DNA of 64,000 bases from Pseudomonadota bacterium (GTDB taxonomy: Bacteria > Pseudomonadota > Gammaproteobacteria > Acidiferrobacterales > UBA6901). The notes under the pieces were generated by a model. That model searched no databases. It saw only the letters and a list, made by a program, of their open reading frames with translations, and was not told the origin of the DNA. Position numbers and translations under genes: made by a program. The stretch lies in assembly GCA_021785515.1 (NCBI GenBank), contig JAJYEX010000004.1:79074-143073 (forward strand), read 5' to 3'. Below, one piece after another: positions 31,289 to 41,505 of the stretch (positions are counted from its first letter, which is position 1; each line of letters begins with the position of its first letter).

Positions 31289-31353
31289 CGTGGCGCTGTC
31301 GGCAGCATACCCAAAGGCCCGGTTCCTGTCCCCAGGCACCAAGCCCGCGACAA

Positions 31354-31488
31354 TTACCCGGCCGGTTCCGGGGCGTGTACGTGGATGCGGTCCCGTCCCT
31401 CCTTTTTTGCCGCGTAACATGCCGAATCGGCAATGCTCAGCATGTCTTCAATCGGGTCTTTTCCCTCTGCATGGTCTGCCTGACACAT
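31354..31488 (-). pseudogene. C-terminal relic of a GGDEF diguanylate cyclase gene
   Basis: My own minus-strand translation gives ...MCQADHAEGKDPIEDMLSIADSACYAAKKEGRDRIHVHAPEPAG*, with the stop TAA at 31356-31354. This is the characteristic end of GGDEF domains (xxLLxxADxAxYxAKxxGRNR). I could read no upstream GGDEF core in any frame. Confidence 0.45.
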
Positions 31489-32276
31489 TGTGCGGCGACT
31501 GTGACGTGGGAACCTCGGGTTTACGGGGCACCCAATGAGCCGTGGCCCGTTATGAGCCTCAAGGTGCAGGAGCCCACCGGAGCCCTGCCTGCGTCCCGCA
31601 TGCCCCTGGATTTGCTAATGTTGGCTGCGGTATCCATGTCCGGCCGCTGTCGCTCGGTCTGCGTGTTGCCCCATTCCTGGGTGTGCCCGCAGGGGCTGCC
31701 AGCGTAATCTCTCTATTCAATCAGTTCTGGAGACGACTGCCGATGGCTGCACGCATGGCCCATGTTGCTTTCTGGCCGCGCTGGGCCTGTTTATTCCAAC
31801 GGCGGAAATTCCCCGCGGCCTGCGGCGGGAGAACGCAAGTTACTGCGTCAGGCCGGTGGCCGCGGGCGACCGTTGTCTGCTTGGCGCCCCGTTTGGTGAT
31901 GCCGGTTCGTATAGTCAATGTGACGCCTTTCAGCCGGGTGCGCTGGCCCTTAAATCAAGCGTTTTTTCAAGGATTGGATTGCTGCGGAATTGCCGGGCCC
32001 GGCGGGCGATGCAGCGTTTGAACCAGTGACCTGGGGCTGGCGTCAGGGCGGGACGCGGTGGGATTAATCGACGCAGCGCCCGGGCTTCTGGCACAATGCT
32101 GCTCCCGGAATTTCAGATACACGGGTCAAAATCTTCAGGTATCAAAGCTATAGGACAATGCACAACAGAGACATGAACGGGCGCCGGGAAGGTGTGCGAA
32201 TCGCGATATACCGTGACCCGGGGTGCGACCGGCACCTGCCGCCGCACTGCCGACACGCCCGGGCCGGAGAGGGGCA

Positions 32277-33293
32277 ATGATCATCGTTATGCGTGCGGAT
32301 GCCACCGAGGACCAGATCCAGGCGGTGGATGACCGGCTGCGTTCGCTCGAACTGGCGTCCAACATATCCCGCGGACGCGAGCTTACGGTCATTGGTGCGA
32401 TCGGCGACGACCGCAAGGTCCAGACGGAAGTTCTGGAAGCCTTACCGGGCGTGGAGCGGGTAATCCGCGTCCTCAAGCCCTACAAGATTGTCGCACGCGA
32501 GTGGCACCGCGAGAACAGTGTCGTGCGCATCGGCAGCATTCCGCTGGGAGGCCGCACGGTGCAGGTGATCGCCGGTCCGTGTTCCGTCGAGACACCGGAA
32601 CAGATGGATGCCTCGGCTGCGGCGGTGCGCGCCGCCGGTTGCCGGCTGATGCGTGGGGGTGCGTTCAAGCCGCGCACCAGCCCGTATACTTTCCAGGGGC
32701 TGGGCGAGAAAGGGCTCGAGTATCTGGTGGATGCCGCGCGTCAGCACGGGCTGCCGGTGGTTACCGAACTCATGGACGTGCGCCAGCTGGATACCTTTCT
32801 GCGATATGGTGTGGATGTCATCCAGATTGGCACCCGCAACATGCAGAATTTCGATCTGCTGAAGGAAGTCGGCCGCATAGACCGGCCCGTGATCCTCAAG
32901 CGTGGCATGGCGGCCACGATCAGTGAGTGGCTGATGTCGGCCGAATACATCGCCGCCGGCGGCAATCACAACATCATATTCTGCGAACGCGGCGTGCGCA
33001 GTTTCGAGACCGCCTATCGCAACATGCTGGATGTCACGGCCGTGCCCGTGCTGAAGCGCGAGACGCATCTGCCGGTGATTATTGATCCGTCGCACGCGGG
33101 CGGCAAGGCGTGGATGGTGCCAGCGCTGGCCCGGGCCGCGGTGGCGGCTGGTGCCGACGGCCTGCTGGTCGAGATGCATCCCTGTCCAAACGAAGCCTGG
33201 TGCGACGCTGACCAGGCCCTCACGCCGCAGGAACTCCAGACGCTGATGCATCAGCTTCGGGGTATCGCTGCAGTGCTCGACCGGGATCTGTGA
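32277..33293 (+). CDS. 3-deoxy-7-phosphoheptulonate (DAHP) synthase, class I-beta with N-terminal ferredoxin-like regulatory domain
   Basis: ORF 32223..33293. ATG 32277 follows GGAGAGGGG (MIIVMRADATEDQIQAV...). The core motifs are VIAGPCSVE, MRGGAFKPRTSPY, QIGTRNMQNF and IIDPSHA. Confidence 0.88.
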   Translation: MIIVMRADATEDQIQAVDDRLRSLELASNISRGRELTVIGAIGDDRKVQTEVLEALPGVERVIRVLKPYKIVAREWHRENSVVRIGSIPLGGRTVQVIAGPCSVETPEQMDASAAAVRAAGCRLMRGGAFKPRTSPYTFQGLGEKGLEYLVDAARQHGLPVVTELMDVRQLDTFLRYGVDVIQIGTRNMQNFDLLKEVGRIDRPVILKRGMAATISEWLMSAEYIAAGGNHNIIFCERGVRSFETAYRNMLDVTAVPVLKRETHLPVIIDPSHAGGKAWMVPALARAAVAAGADGLLVEMHPCPNEAWCDADQALTPQELQTLMHQLRGIAAVLDRDL

Positions 33294-33300
33294 TGCCCGC

Positions 33301-34242
33301 GTGCAGACTGCCGGGTGCACGAACCGGACGCGACCGGGATGGCGGCTGGCCGGTGCCGACGGAGCGTGGCGGCCGGTGATCGGACGCCTGGCCATCGTCG
33401 GGGTTGGTCTGATCGGCGGGTCGCTGGCACGGGCATTGCGCGCGGCGGGCGCGGTCGATGAAGTTGTCGGATATGGCCGCGGCATTGCCAATCTGCAGCG
33501 GGCGGTGGACCTTGGGGTCATCGATCGGATCGAAAGCTCGGCCGAACGCGCGGCAGCGGCGGCGGACATGGTTGTGCTGGCGCTGCCGGTCGGATCGATG
33601 GCAGTCATGATGGGGCAGATCGCGCCGCAGCTGGGGCCGCAGACCGTCGTGACGGACGTGGGCAGCGTCAAGGGCAGTATTGTGGAGGCGGCGCGCTTGG
33701 CGCTGGGCGAACGCTTTCCGCGGTTTGTGCCAGGACATCCGATTGCCGGGAACGAGAAGTCAGGGGTGGAGGCATCTTTCGCCGGGCTGTTTCGCGATCG
33801 GCGCGTGGTGCTTACGCCGGTGGCGCAGACCGATCCTGATGCGCTCGAGCGGGTGTCTGCGATGTGGCAGGCAACGGGAGCGCAGACGGTCACAATGGAC
33901 GTGGCGCACCATGACGAGATCCTGGCCGCAACCAGCCATCTGCCACACCTGCTGGCGTACTGTCTGGTGGACACACTGGCGCAGATGGATGGCAGCGGCG
34001 TGATTTTTGACTTTGCAGCCGGAGGATTCCGCGATTTTACGCGGATTGCGGCGAGCGATCCGGTGATGTGGCGTGATATCTGCCTCGGTAACCGCGCAGC
34101 CATACTGTCGGCGCTCGAAGCTTATCGTCGCGATCTGGGCGCGCTCATGGCTGCGATTGACCGGGAAGACGGCGCATGGCTGCAGGAACTGTTCGCGCGT
34201 GCCAAGCGCGAGCGCGATGCGCTCAACGGGGGTCGCGGCTAG
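33301..34242 (+). CDS. tyrA: Prephenate/arogenate dehydrogenase TyrA
   Basis: 313-aa ORF with the Rossmann motif LAIVGVGLIGGS and the HPIAG motif. The true start may be the GTG at 33376 (VIGRLAIVG). Confidence 0.85.
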   Translation: MQTAGCTNRTRPGWRLAGADGAWRPVIGRLAIVGVGLIGGSLARALRAAGAVDEVVGYGRGIANLQRAVDLGVIDRIESSAERAAAAADMVVLALPVGSMAVMMGQIAPQLGPQTVVTDVGSVKGSIVEAARLALGERFPRFVPGHPIAGNEKSGVEASFAGLFRDRRVVLTPVAQTDPDALERVSAMWQATGAQTVTMDVAHHDEILAATSHLPHLLAYCLVDTLAQMDGSGVIFDFAAGGFRDFTRIAASDPVMWRDICLGNRAAILSALEAYRRDLGALMAAIDREDGAWLQELFARAKRERDALNGGRG

Positions 34243-34320
34243 CTTGCCGTGGCCGGCTGTTACCTTATATTAGAGGACACTGTGGCCACACGTGCCCAAT
34301 CCTGCACTGAGACAAATCCG

Positions 34321-35670
34321 ATGATCACCTCACCCCAGCCTGGTTCGCCGTTTGATTATCTGATTGGGCCCGGCGGGCGGCTGACCGGTCGCGTGCGTGT
34401 GCCCGGGGACAAGTCCATCTCGCACCGCTGTGTCATGCTCGGCGCTCTCGCAAACGGACAGACAAAGGTAAGCGGACTGCTGGAAGGCGAAGATGTGCTG
34501 TCCACGCTTGCGGCATTCCGTGCGATGGGGGTGGAAGCCGAGGGTCCATACCACGGTGCCTTGCAGATCAGGGGCGTGGGTCTGCGGGGCCTACGGGCGC
34601 CGGCCGGTCCGCTCGACATGGGCAATTCAGGCACGGCCATGCGCCTCATGGCGGGGATACTGTCCGGACAGGCCTTCGATTCCGTGCTGGTCGGGGATGA
34701 GTCACTCAGCAAGCGCCCCATGGGACGTGTGGCGGAGCCGCTTTCGGCCATGGGCGCCCTCATCGAGACCGCCCCCGGGGGGCGGCCGCCTTTGCGCGTC
34801 CACGGCGGGCAGCGGCTGCGGGGGATAGACTACCGTCTGCCCGTGCCCAGCGCCCAGGTCAAGTCGGCGCTGTTGCTGGCCGGCCTGTACGCCGAAGGCC
34901 AGACGCAGGTGAGCGAGCCCGCGCCCACCCGCGATCACACGGAGCGCATGCTTCGTGGTTTCGGTTATCCGGTGGAGAGCCGGGAGGGCGCGATCCGCCT
35001 GCGCGGGGGCGGGACCCTGACGGGTTGCGCCATCGATGTGCCCGCGGACATCTCTTCGGCTGCGTTTTTCCTGGTAGGCGCCGCCATGACGCCGGGTTCG
35101 GACCTGGTGCTGGAACACGTGGGCGTCAACCCGACCCGGATCGGCGTGCTGAATATCCTGCGCGCGATGGGGGCGCAGATCGCGATGACCGGGGAGCGCA
35201 TGATTGGCGGTGAACCGGTGGCCGATCTGCACGTGGCCGGGGGGCGGCTTCACGGCATTGCCATCCCCCACGACCAGGTGCCGCTGGCGATCGATGAGTT
35301 TCCCGCGCTGTTCATCGCAGCCGCCTGCGCCGAGGGCCGGACATCGCTCGCCGGGGCCGCCGAGCTGCGGGTAAAGGAAAGCGACCGCATCGGGGTGATG
35401 GCTGAGGGGCTCTCTCGCCTGGGGGTGGTCGTGCAGGAGACGGCGGACGGTCTGGTGATCGAGGGCGGCAGCGGCAAGCGGCCCCTTGCAGGTGGCGAAA
35501 TCGACAGCCACGGTGATCACCGTGTAGCCATGGCTTTTTCCGTGGCTGCCTTGCAGGCGCAGGGGCCGATCCGGGTCAGGGATTGCCGCAACGTCGCGAC
35601 CTCGTTTCCCGGGTTCACGGCGCTGGCCGGTGGCGCCGGGCTGGCGATCCGTGCGGTCGCGCCGGACTGA
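34321..35670 (+). CDS. aroA: 3-phosphoshikimate 1-carboxyvinyltransferase (EPSP synthase)
   Basis: ORF 34249..35670. The start is chosen at ATG 34321 (MITSPQPG...). Motifs are VPGDKSISHR, LDMGNSGTAMRL and RVKESDR. Confidence 0.92.
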   Translation: MITSPQPGSPFDYLIGPGGRLTGRVRVPGDKSISHRCVMLGALANGQTKVSGLLEGEDVLSTLAAFRAMGVEAEGPYHGALQIRGVGLRGLRAPAGPLDMGNSGTAMRLMAGILSGQAFDSVLVGDESLSKRPMGRVAEPLSAMGALIETAPGGRPPLRVHGGQRLRGIDYRLPVPSAQVKSALLLAGLYAEGQTQVSEPAPTRDHTERMLRGFGYPVESREGAIRLRGGGTLTGCAIDVPADISSAAFFLVGAAMTPGSDLVLEHVGVNPTRIGVLNILRAMGAQIAMTGERMIGGEPVADLHVAGGRLHGIAIPHDQVPLAIDEFPALFIAAACAEGRTSLAGAAELRVKESDRIGVMAEGLSRLGVVVQETADGLVIEGGSGKRPLAGGEIDSHGDHRVAMAFSVAALQAQGPIRVRDCRNVATSFPGFTALAGGAGLAIRAVAPD

Positions 35671-35682
35671 GGTGCTGGCACC

Positions 35683-36357
35683 GTGTCCATTCCGGTCGTA
35701 ACCATCGATGGTCCCGGCGGATCCGGAAAGGGTACGGTAAGCCAGCGTCTGGCGGCGCGTCTGGGATGGCATTACCTGGACAGCGGAGCGCTGTACCGCG
35801 CGGTCGGGCTTTCGGCCCGCAATAAAGGGGTGAGTCTGGACGACCCGGCGGCGCTGGCGGGCCTGGCGCAGGCTGTGGATATCCGTTTCCAGCCCGCGGC
35901 AGATGGCCGTCCGGCCCCGGTCTGGGTCGACGGCCAGGATGTGGGGGATGCGCTGCGCACCGAGGAAACCGGGCATCTGGCCTCCCGGGTCGCGCAGTTT
36001 GCGGCCGTGCGCACCGCGCTGCTCGACAAGCAGCGGCATTTCCTCCAGGTTCCGGGGCTGGTGGCGGATGGGCGCGACATGGGCACCACCGTGTTCCCGG
36101 ATGCGCTACTTAAGGTATTCCTGACCGCCAGTCCGGAGGTGCGTGCCGAAAGACGGTATAAACAGTTGAAGGAAAAGGGGTTAGATGTTACTCTTTTAAG
36201 GTTATTGGGGGAGATTCGTGAGCGCGATGCGCGTGATGCCGCGCGCCAGGCTTCGCCGTTACGACCCGCTACGGATGCCGAGATTCTCGACACCTCCCGC
36301 CTCAGTATTGACGAGGCGGTGGATGTCATCTTTCAGCGTCTTCAGCAGCGGTTGTGA
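35683..36357 (+). CDS. cmk: Cytidylate kinase
   Basis: 224 aa with a GTG start. The P-loop is IDGPGGSGKGT, followed by LDSGALYR. Confidence 0.92.
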   Translation: MSIPVVTIDGPGGSGKGTVSQRLAARLGWHYLDSGALYRAVGLSARNKGVSLDDPAALAGLAQAVDIRFQPAADGRPAPVWVDGQDVGDALRTEETGHLASRVAQFAAVRTALLDKQRHFLQVPGLVADGRDMGTTVFPDALLKVFLTASPEVRAERRYKQLKEKGLDVTLLRLLGEIRERDARDAARQASPLRPATDAEILDTSRLSIDEAVDVIFQRLQQRL

Positions 36358-36524
36358 CAGGGGTCCGGCGGGTGGCGGCCACGAAACTCCAGAACTGAAA
36401 CGACTATCCCATGGTGCCGCGGGGCTTGGGCTGCTGCCGGAGCACACTGCCAATCCATGGACAGCACAGGGGCGGGGATGGCCGATGCTGTTCCACCTCC
36501 TGAATTCAACAGGTTAACTAGAGC

Positions 36525-38201
36525 ATGAGTGAAAGTTTTGCCGAGCTGTTCGAACAGAGTCTGACCAAGGCCCCCGTCCGTGCTGGCGGGTTGATCACAG
36601 GCGAGGTCATGCGCGTAGACAACGAGGTGGTCGTCGTGGACGCCGGCCTCAAATCCGAAGGCATGATTCCGGCCGAGCAGTTCCGCGACAGCCATGGCGA
36701 GCTGAACGTGAAGGTCGGCGACATGGTCGAGGTGGTGGTCGAGAACATTGAAGACGGGTTCGGTGAAACCCGTCTGTCGCGCGAGAAAGCCTGCCGCGTC
36801 AAGGCCTGGGACGTGCTGGAGAAGGCGTTCGAGGTGCAGTCCGTCGTGACCGGCGTCATCACCGACAAGGTGAAGGGCGGATTCACGGTGGCGATCGATA
36901 CCATCCGGGCGTTTCTGCCGGGATCCCTGGTGGATGTGCGTCCGGTGCGGGATTCGAGCTACCTCGAGGGCAAAGACCTCGAGTTCAAGGTCATCAAGCT
37001 GGATCGCAAGCGCAACAATGTGGTCGTTTCGCGCCGGGCGGTAGTGGAATCGGAGATGTCGGTGGAGCGCGATGCGCTGCTGTCGAACCTCGAGGAAGGC
37101 CAGGTCGTGAAGGGCGTGGTCAAGAACCTGACCGACTACGGCGCGTTTGTCGATCTCGGCGGCATCGACGGTCTGCTGCATATCACCGATCTTGCCTGGA
37201 AGCGCGTGAAACATCCGTCTGAAGTGCTCAAGATCGGTGATGAGATCGAGGCCAAAGTGCTGCGTTTTGACCGCGAGCGCAACCGCGTATCGCTCGGACT
37301 CAAGCAGCTCGGGGACGATCCGTGGGTTGATCTGGCGCGGCGTTATCCCGAGGGCACCCGCCTGTTCGGCAAGGTGACCAATATCACCGACTACGGCGCC
37401 TTCGTCGAGATCGAGGAGGGCGTAGAGGGTCTGGTGCACGTCTCAGAGATGGACTGGACCAACAAGAATGTCCATCCGACGAAGGTGGTGCAGCTTGGCG
37501 ACGAAGTGGAGGTCATGGTGCTCGACATCGATTCCGAGCGCCGGCGCATCTCCCTCGGCATCAAGCAGTGCCAGCCGAATCCATGGGAAGAGTTTGCCGC
37601 CACTCACAACAAGGGTGACAAGGTTCGTGGCCAGATCAAGTCGATTACGGATTTCGGCGTGTTCGTCGGCCTGGAGGGCGGTATTGACGGGTTGATCCAT
37701 CTGAGTGACCTGTCATGGGGCCGTGCGGGCGAGGAGGCGGTTCGCGACTACAAGAAGGGTGATGAGGTCGAGGCCGTGGTGCTGGCCATTGATCCGGAGC
37801 GTGAACGCATCTCGCTCGGCATCAAGCAGATGGAAGGCGACCCGTTCACCAGTTTTGTTTCAGAGCACGGCAAGGGCAGCATCGTAAAAGGCACCATCGG
37901 CGTGGTTGACGCCAAGGGCGCAGTGGTTAAACTTTCAGATGAGGTAGAGGGGTATCTGCGGGCGTCGGAACTCTCACGTGACCGCGTCGAGGATGCCCGG
38001 ACGGTACTCAAGGAAGGCGATGCCGTGGAGGCGAAGATCACCACGATAGATCGCAAGAACCGCAAGATCTCGCTGTCGGTGAAGGCCAAGGATCTGGAAG
38101 AGGAAAATGAAGCGGTTCAGGAGTACACGCGCAAGTCCGCAAGCGGAGCATCAACCCTCGCGGATAAGCTGAAGGAGAAACTGGTCAACAAGGACAGCTA
38201 G
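36525..38201 (+). CDS. rpsA: 30S ribosomal protein S1
   Basis: 558 aa with six S1 repeats, starting [13 protein letters not shown]. Confidence 0.97.
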   Translation: MSESFAELFEQSLTKAPVRAGGLITGEVMRVDNEVVVVDAGLKSEGMIPAEQFRDSHGELNVKVGDMVEVVVENIEDGFGETRLSREKACRVKAWDVLEKAFEVQSVVTGVITDKVKGGFTVAIDTIRAFLPGSLVDVRPVRDSSYLEGKDLEFKVIKLDRKRNNVVVSRRAVVESEMSVERDALLSNLEEGQVVKGVVKNLTDYGAFVDLGGIDGLLHITDLAWKRVKHPSEVLKIGDEIEAKVLRFDRERNRVSLGLKQLGDDPWVDLARRYPEGTRLFGKVTNITDYGAFVEIEEGVEGLVHVSEMDWTNKNVHPTKVVQLGDEVEVMVLDIDSERRRISLGIKQCQPNPWEEFAATHNKGDKVRGQIKSITDFGVFVGLEGGIDGLIHLSDLSWGRAGEEAVRDYKKGDEVEAVVLAIDPERERISLGIKQMEGDPFTSFVSEHGKGSIVKGTIGVVDAKGAVVKLSDEVEGYLRASELSRDRVEDARTVLKEGDAVEAKITTIDRKNRKISLSVKAKDLEEENEAVQEYTRKSASGASTLADKLKEKLVNKDS

Positions 38202-38263
38202 GGCGTCACGCCAGGCGCGGTTGTCCCGGGCCGGCATTGTGCGCAGTCCTGAGGGTGCCATAG

Positions 38264-38542
38264 ATGACCAAATCGGAGTTGATCGCTTTGCTCGCGGCAA
38301 AGCAGCCGCAGCTCGAGTACCGGGATGTGGAGCTCGCCGTCAAGGAGCTGCTTGAGCAGATGTCGGCGGCGCTGGCTGTGGGCGAGCGTATCGAGGTGCG
38401 GGGTTTCGGGAGCTTTTCGTTGCACTACCGTCCGCCGCGGATGGGGCGCAACCCGAAAACCGGAGACTCGGTGCGGGTTCCCGACAAGCACGTACCGCAT
38501 TTCAAGCCCGGCAAGGAGTTGCGGGAGCGCGTCGATCTCTGA
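38264..38542 (+). CDS. ihfB: Integration host factor subunit beta
   Basis: 92 aa: [11 protein letters not shown]...[25 protein letters not shown]. Confidence 0.95.
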   Translation: MTKSELIALLAAKQPQLEYRDVELAVKELLEQMSAALAVGERIEVRGFGSFSLHYRPPRMGRNPKTGDSVRVPDKHVPHFKPGKELRERVDL

Positions 38543-38576
38543 GACGTTGTACGGCCCGGTCTGGCCATCACTTCGG

Positions 38577-38617
38577 AAAACGGCATTGGGGTTATTCCAA
38601 TGCCGTTTTTTTGTTTT
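38577..38617 (+). terminator. Rho-independent terminator after ihfB
   Basis: The stem AAAACGGCATTGG (38577-38589) pairs with CCAATGCCGTTTT (38597-38609) around a 7-nt loop. A T-run TTTTTTTGTTTT follows. Confidence 0.8.
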
Positions 38618-38699
38618 GCGGGCAGCACAGCACTGATTAATCCGCTGTGCTTTTTCTTGTATCGTGACTTGGTTACGGGGTGAGTGCGTGGAGACGGTT

Positions 38700-38996
38700 A
38701 TGAAGCGACTGCTATATTTTATGTTCGGGGTTGTGACCGTTGTCTTCGGGTTGAGCTTCGCCTACAAGAACGCCGAAGTCGTTGCGCTGAACTACTATTA
38801 CGGGCTGCACTGGGAAAGTCCGCTGTCGCTGATGTTGCTGGCGACCCTGGCAATCGGGATCGCGCTCGGTTTTGTGGCCAGTCTTGGCATGGTCGTGCGG
38901 ATGCAGCGCCAGCTGGTGCGCGCACGCCGCGAGATCCGTGAGATTGAACAGGAAGTCACGAACCTGCGGGCGTTGCCCATCAAGGACGTGCTGTAG
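38700..38996 (+). CDS. lapA: Lipopolysaccharide assembly protein LapA (YciS, DUF1049)
   Basis: ATG 38700 gives MKRLLYFMFGVVTVVFGLSFAYKN... The protein has two TM helices and a basic coiled tail. It lies immediately upstream of lapB. Confidence 0.7.
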   Translation: MKRLLYFMFGVVTVVFGLSFAYKNAEVVALNYYYGLHWESPLSLMLLATLAIGIALGFVASLGMVVRMQRQLVRARREIREIEQEVTNLRALPIKDVL

Positions 38997-38999
38997 GAC

Positions 39000-40202
39000 A
39001 TGCATCTTGCCTGGATCGATCTGCTGTTGCTGCTGCTTCCACTGGCGGTGGCGTCCGGCTGGCTCGCAGCCAGGCTGGATCAGAAGCATCGTCCATCGGG
39101 AACGGGGGGAGAATTTCCGTCAGCCTATTTCAAGGGGCTCAACTTCCTTCTGAACGAGCAGCCGGACAAGGCGATCGAAGTGTTCATCCAGATGCTGGAA
39201 GTGGATTCCGATACGGTTGAAACGCATCTGGCACTGGGAAACCTGTTCCGGCGGCGGGGAGAGGTGGAGCGGGCGATCCGCATTCATCAGAATCTCATCG
39301 CACGACCGACCCTGGACAAGCACCAGCGGTCTCTGGCGCTGCTTGAGCTCGGCCAGGACTACCTCAAAGCCGGTCTGTTCGACCGCGCCGAGAACCTGTT
39401 TCTCGAGCTTGCCGAGATCCGGCTGCACACCGAGCAGGCGCTGCGTTTTCTGGTGCACATCTATCAGCAGGAAAAGGAGTGGGACCAGGCGATCGCGGTC
39501 TCCCGCCGGCTGGCGCGGGCCTCGGGCCGCAACCAGGACGATGTGATCGCCCAGTTTTACTGCGAGCTTGCCGAGCAGGCGTTTTCCGACGGCAATCCGG
39601 CTCTGGCCAGGCAGTTCGCGGGCGAGGCTTTGAGTGCGGATCGCAACTGCGTGCGGGCCAGCATTCTGCTCGGCCGCATGGAAGTCGGCGCGGGCCGGCA
39701 CCGCGAGGCCCTGAAAGCCTGGAAGCGCATCGAGGAGCAGGATCCGGTCTATCTGGGCGAGGTGGCAGGACTGATTGCCGCGAGCTACCAGGCAATCAAC
39801 GATGGGGCCGGGCTGTACAGCTATTTTGACAGTGTGCTGCGCCGGCACGGGGGCGTGGCCCTGATGCTCGCGCTGGCCGACGTCATCCGCAGCCGCGATG
39901 GTGTCCCGGCAGCCGAGGCATTCGTCACGTCCTGGCTGCGCCGGCAGCCTTCGGTGCAGGGCCTGCACCGCTTGCTGGATCTCAATCTGGTCGCGGCCGA
40001 CGTGTCGGTGCAGACCGATCTCAAGCTGCTGCAGGGCGTGATCGCGCAGCTGCTTGAGCAGCAGCAGGGGTACCTGTGCCAGGAGTGCGGGTTCCGGGGC
40101 AAGACTCTGCACTGGCAGTGTCCGGGCTGTCACCGATGGAATACCGTCAAGCCTCTGCCGGGTCAGCCCCAGGAGCGGTCGCTGGAGAAGCTGCATGGCT
40201 GA
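39000..40202 (+). CDS. lapB: Lipopolysaccharide assembly protein LapB (YciM): TM anchor, TPR repeats, C-terminal rubredoxin-like zinc site
   Basis: 400 aa with [20 protein letters not shown], TPRs and the C-terminal [23 protein letters not shown]. Confidence 0.9.
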   Translation: MHLAWIDLLLLLLPLAVASGWLAARLDQKHRPSGTGGEFPSAYFKGLNFLLNEQPDKAIEVFIQMLEVDSDTVETHLALGNLFRRRGEVERAIRIHQNLIARPTLDKHQRSLALLELGQDYLKAGLFDRAENLFLELAEIRLHTEQALRFLVHIYQQEKEWDQAIAVSRRLARASGRNQDDVIAQFYCELAEQAFSDGNPALARQFAGEALSADRNCVRASILLGRMEVGAGRHREALKAWKRIEEQDPVYLGEVAGLIAASYQAINDGAGLYSYFDSVLRRHGGVALMLALADVIRSRDGVPAAEAFVTSWLRRQPSVQGLHRLLDLNLVAADVSVQTDLKLLQGVIAQLLEQQQGYLCQECGFRGKTLHWQCPGCHRWNTVKPLPGQPQERSLEKLHG

Positions 40203-40920
40203 TAGCGCCCGGGTCGTGGGGGATCCCCGTGTCATCGTGGCCCTGGACTTTCCCGCTGCCGCTGAAGCGCTGGCTTTTGCCGGGCGCGTCACCCCGTCTC
40301 TGTGCCGGCTCAAGGTCGGTCTCGAGCTTTTTTCTGCCGCAGGCCCCGCCGTGGTCGAGCAGCTGGTGGCGCGCGGATTCGATGTCTTTCTGGATCTGAA
40401 ATTCCATGATATTCCGACCACGGTCGCCCGCGCCTGTGCGGCTGCAGCCCGGCTCGGGGTATGGATGCTCAATGCGCACGCGCTTGGCGGTACCCAGATG
40501 CTGGAGGCCGCGCGGGGGGCGCTCGAAGGGACCCGGTCACGCAGGCCGCTGTTGATCGGTGTGACAGTTCTGACCAGCCATGATGCCGGTACGCTGTCGG
40601 AGGTCGGGCTTGCGGCTGATCCTGCTGCCCAGGTGCTCACGCTTGCCGGTTTGGTCCAGAAGTCCGGTCTCGACGGGATCGTGTGTTCGGCCCAGGAGGC
40701 AGGGATCATGCGGGTGCGTTTCGGCGCCGGATTTCTTCTGGTCACCCCGGGCATCCGTCCGGCCGGCACCGCATCCCACGACCAGCAACGCACCATGACG
40801 CCGCACGCAGCGGTGCGGCAGGGAGCTGATTTTCTTGTCATCGGCCGCCCCATTACGCAGGCGCCGGATCCGGTGGCCGTGCTGGAAGGAATCGACAATG
40901 AGCTGCGCACCCGGCTCTGA
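40195..40920 (+). CDS. pyrF: Orotidine-5'-phosphate decarboxylase
   Basis: ATG 40195 overlaps the lapB stop by 8 nt. Motifs are [17 protein letters not shown] and DFLVIGRPI. Confidence 0.9.
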   Translation: MADSARVVGDPRVIVALDFPAAAEALAFAGRVTPSLCRLKVGLELFSAAGPAVVEQLVARGFDVFLDLKFHDIPTTVARACAAAARLGVWMLNAHALGGTQMLEAARGALEGTRSRRPLLIGVTVLTSHDAGTLSEVGLAADPAAQVLTLAGLVQKSGLDGIVCSAQEAGIMRVRFGAGFLLVTPGIRPAGTASHDQQRTMTPHAAVRQGADFLVIGRPITQAPDPVAVLEGIDNELRTRL

Positions 40921-40989
40921 TGATCAATTGCGGACTGTCCGCCCAGCGGCGATCCGGCGCGGCCGGGTGGCCACGGTTGCGAAAGTGCC

Positions 40990-41505
40990 ATGACTGACTC
41001 CGCAGCCGAGTCCTGGTATCTCGTATACGCGAAGCCGCGGCAGGAAGAAATCGCGCGCGAGAACCTTGAGCGGCAGGGCTACGCGGTATACCTGCCGCGC
41101 GCGACACAGAGCCGGCGGCGCGCGGGGCGGCGCCTCACGGTCGTGGAGCCGCTGTTTCCGCGCTATCTTTTTATCCGTCTTAACATGGGGACAGACAACT
41201 GGGCCCCGATCCGCTCGACCATCGGGGTGAGTGCGTTGGTGCGCTTCGGAGCCGAGCCGGCCCGCGTTCCCGACACGCTGGTAGCCCTGCTGCGGTCGCA
41301 TGAAACCGGATCGGGAATTCACGAATGGGCCCAGAAGCCCATGCGGACCGGGCAGGGGGTGCGGGTCGCGGACGGCGTGTTTGCGGGATACCAGGGGATT
41401 TTTCTGGCTCGATCGAGCCGCGAACGGGTCGTGGTGCTGCTCGACATACTCGGGCGCCCAGTTCGCGCGCAGCTCATTGCGGATCAGGTCGATCCGCTGG
41501 ACTAG
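40990..41505 (+). CDS. rfaH: NusG-paralog transcription antiterminator RfaH
   Basis: 171 aa with WYLVYAKPRQEEIARENLERQGYAVYLP...EPLFPRYLFIRL...GVSALVRFGAEPARVPDTLV. This parallels E. coli RfaH (WYLLYCKRGQ...SEPLFPNYLFVEF...GVSHFVRFGASPAIVP). Confidence 0.8.
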   Translation: MTDSAAESWYLVYAKPRQEEIARENLERQGYAVYLPRATQSRRRAGRRLTVVEPLFPRYLFIRLNMGTDNWAPIRSTIGVSALVRFGAEPARVPDTLVALLRSHETGSGIHEWAQKPMRTGQGVRVADGVFAGYQGIFLARSSRERVVVLLDILGRPVRAQLIADQVDPLD

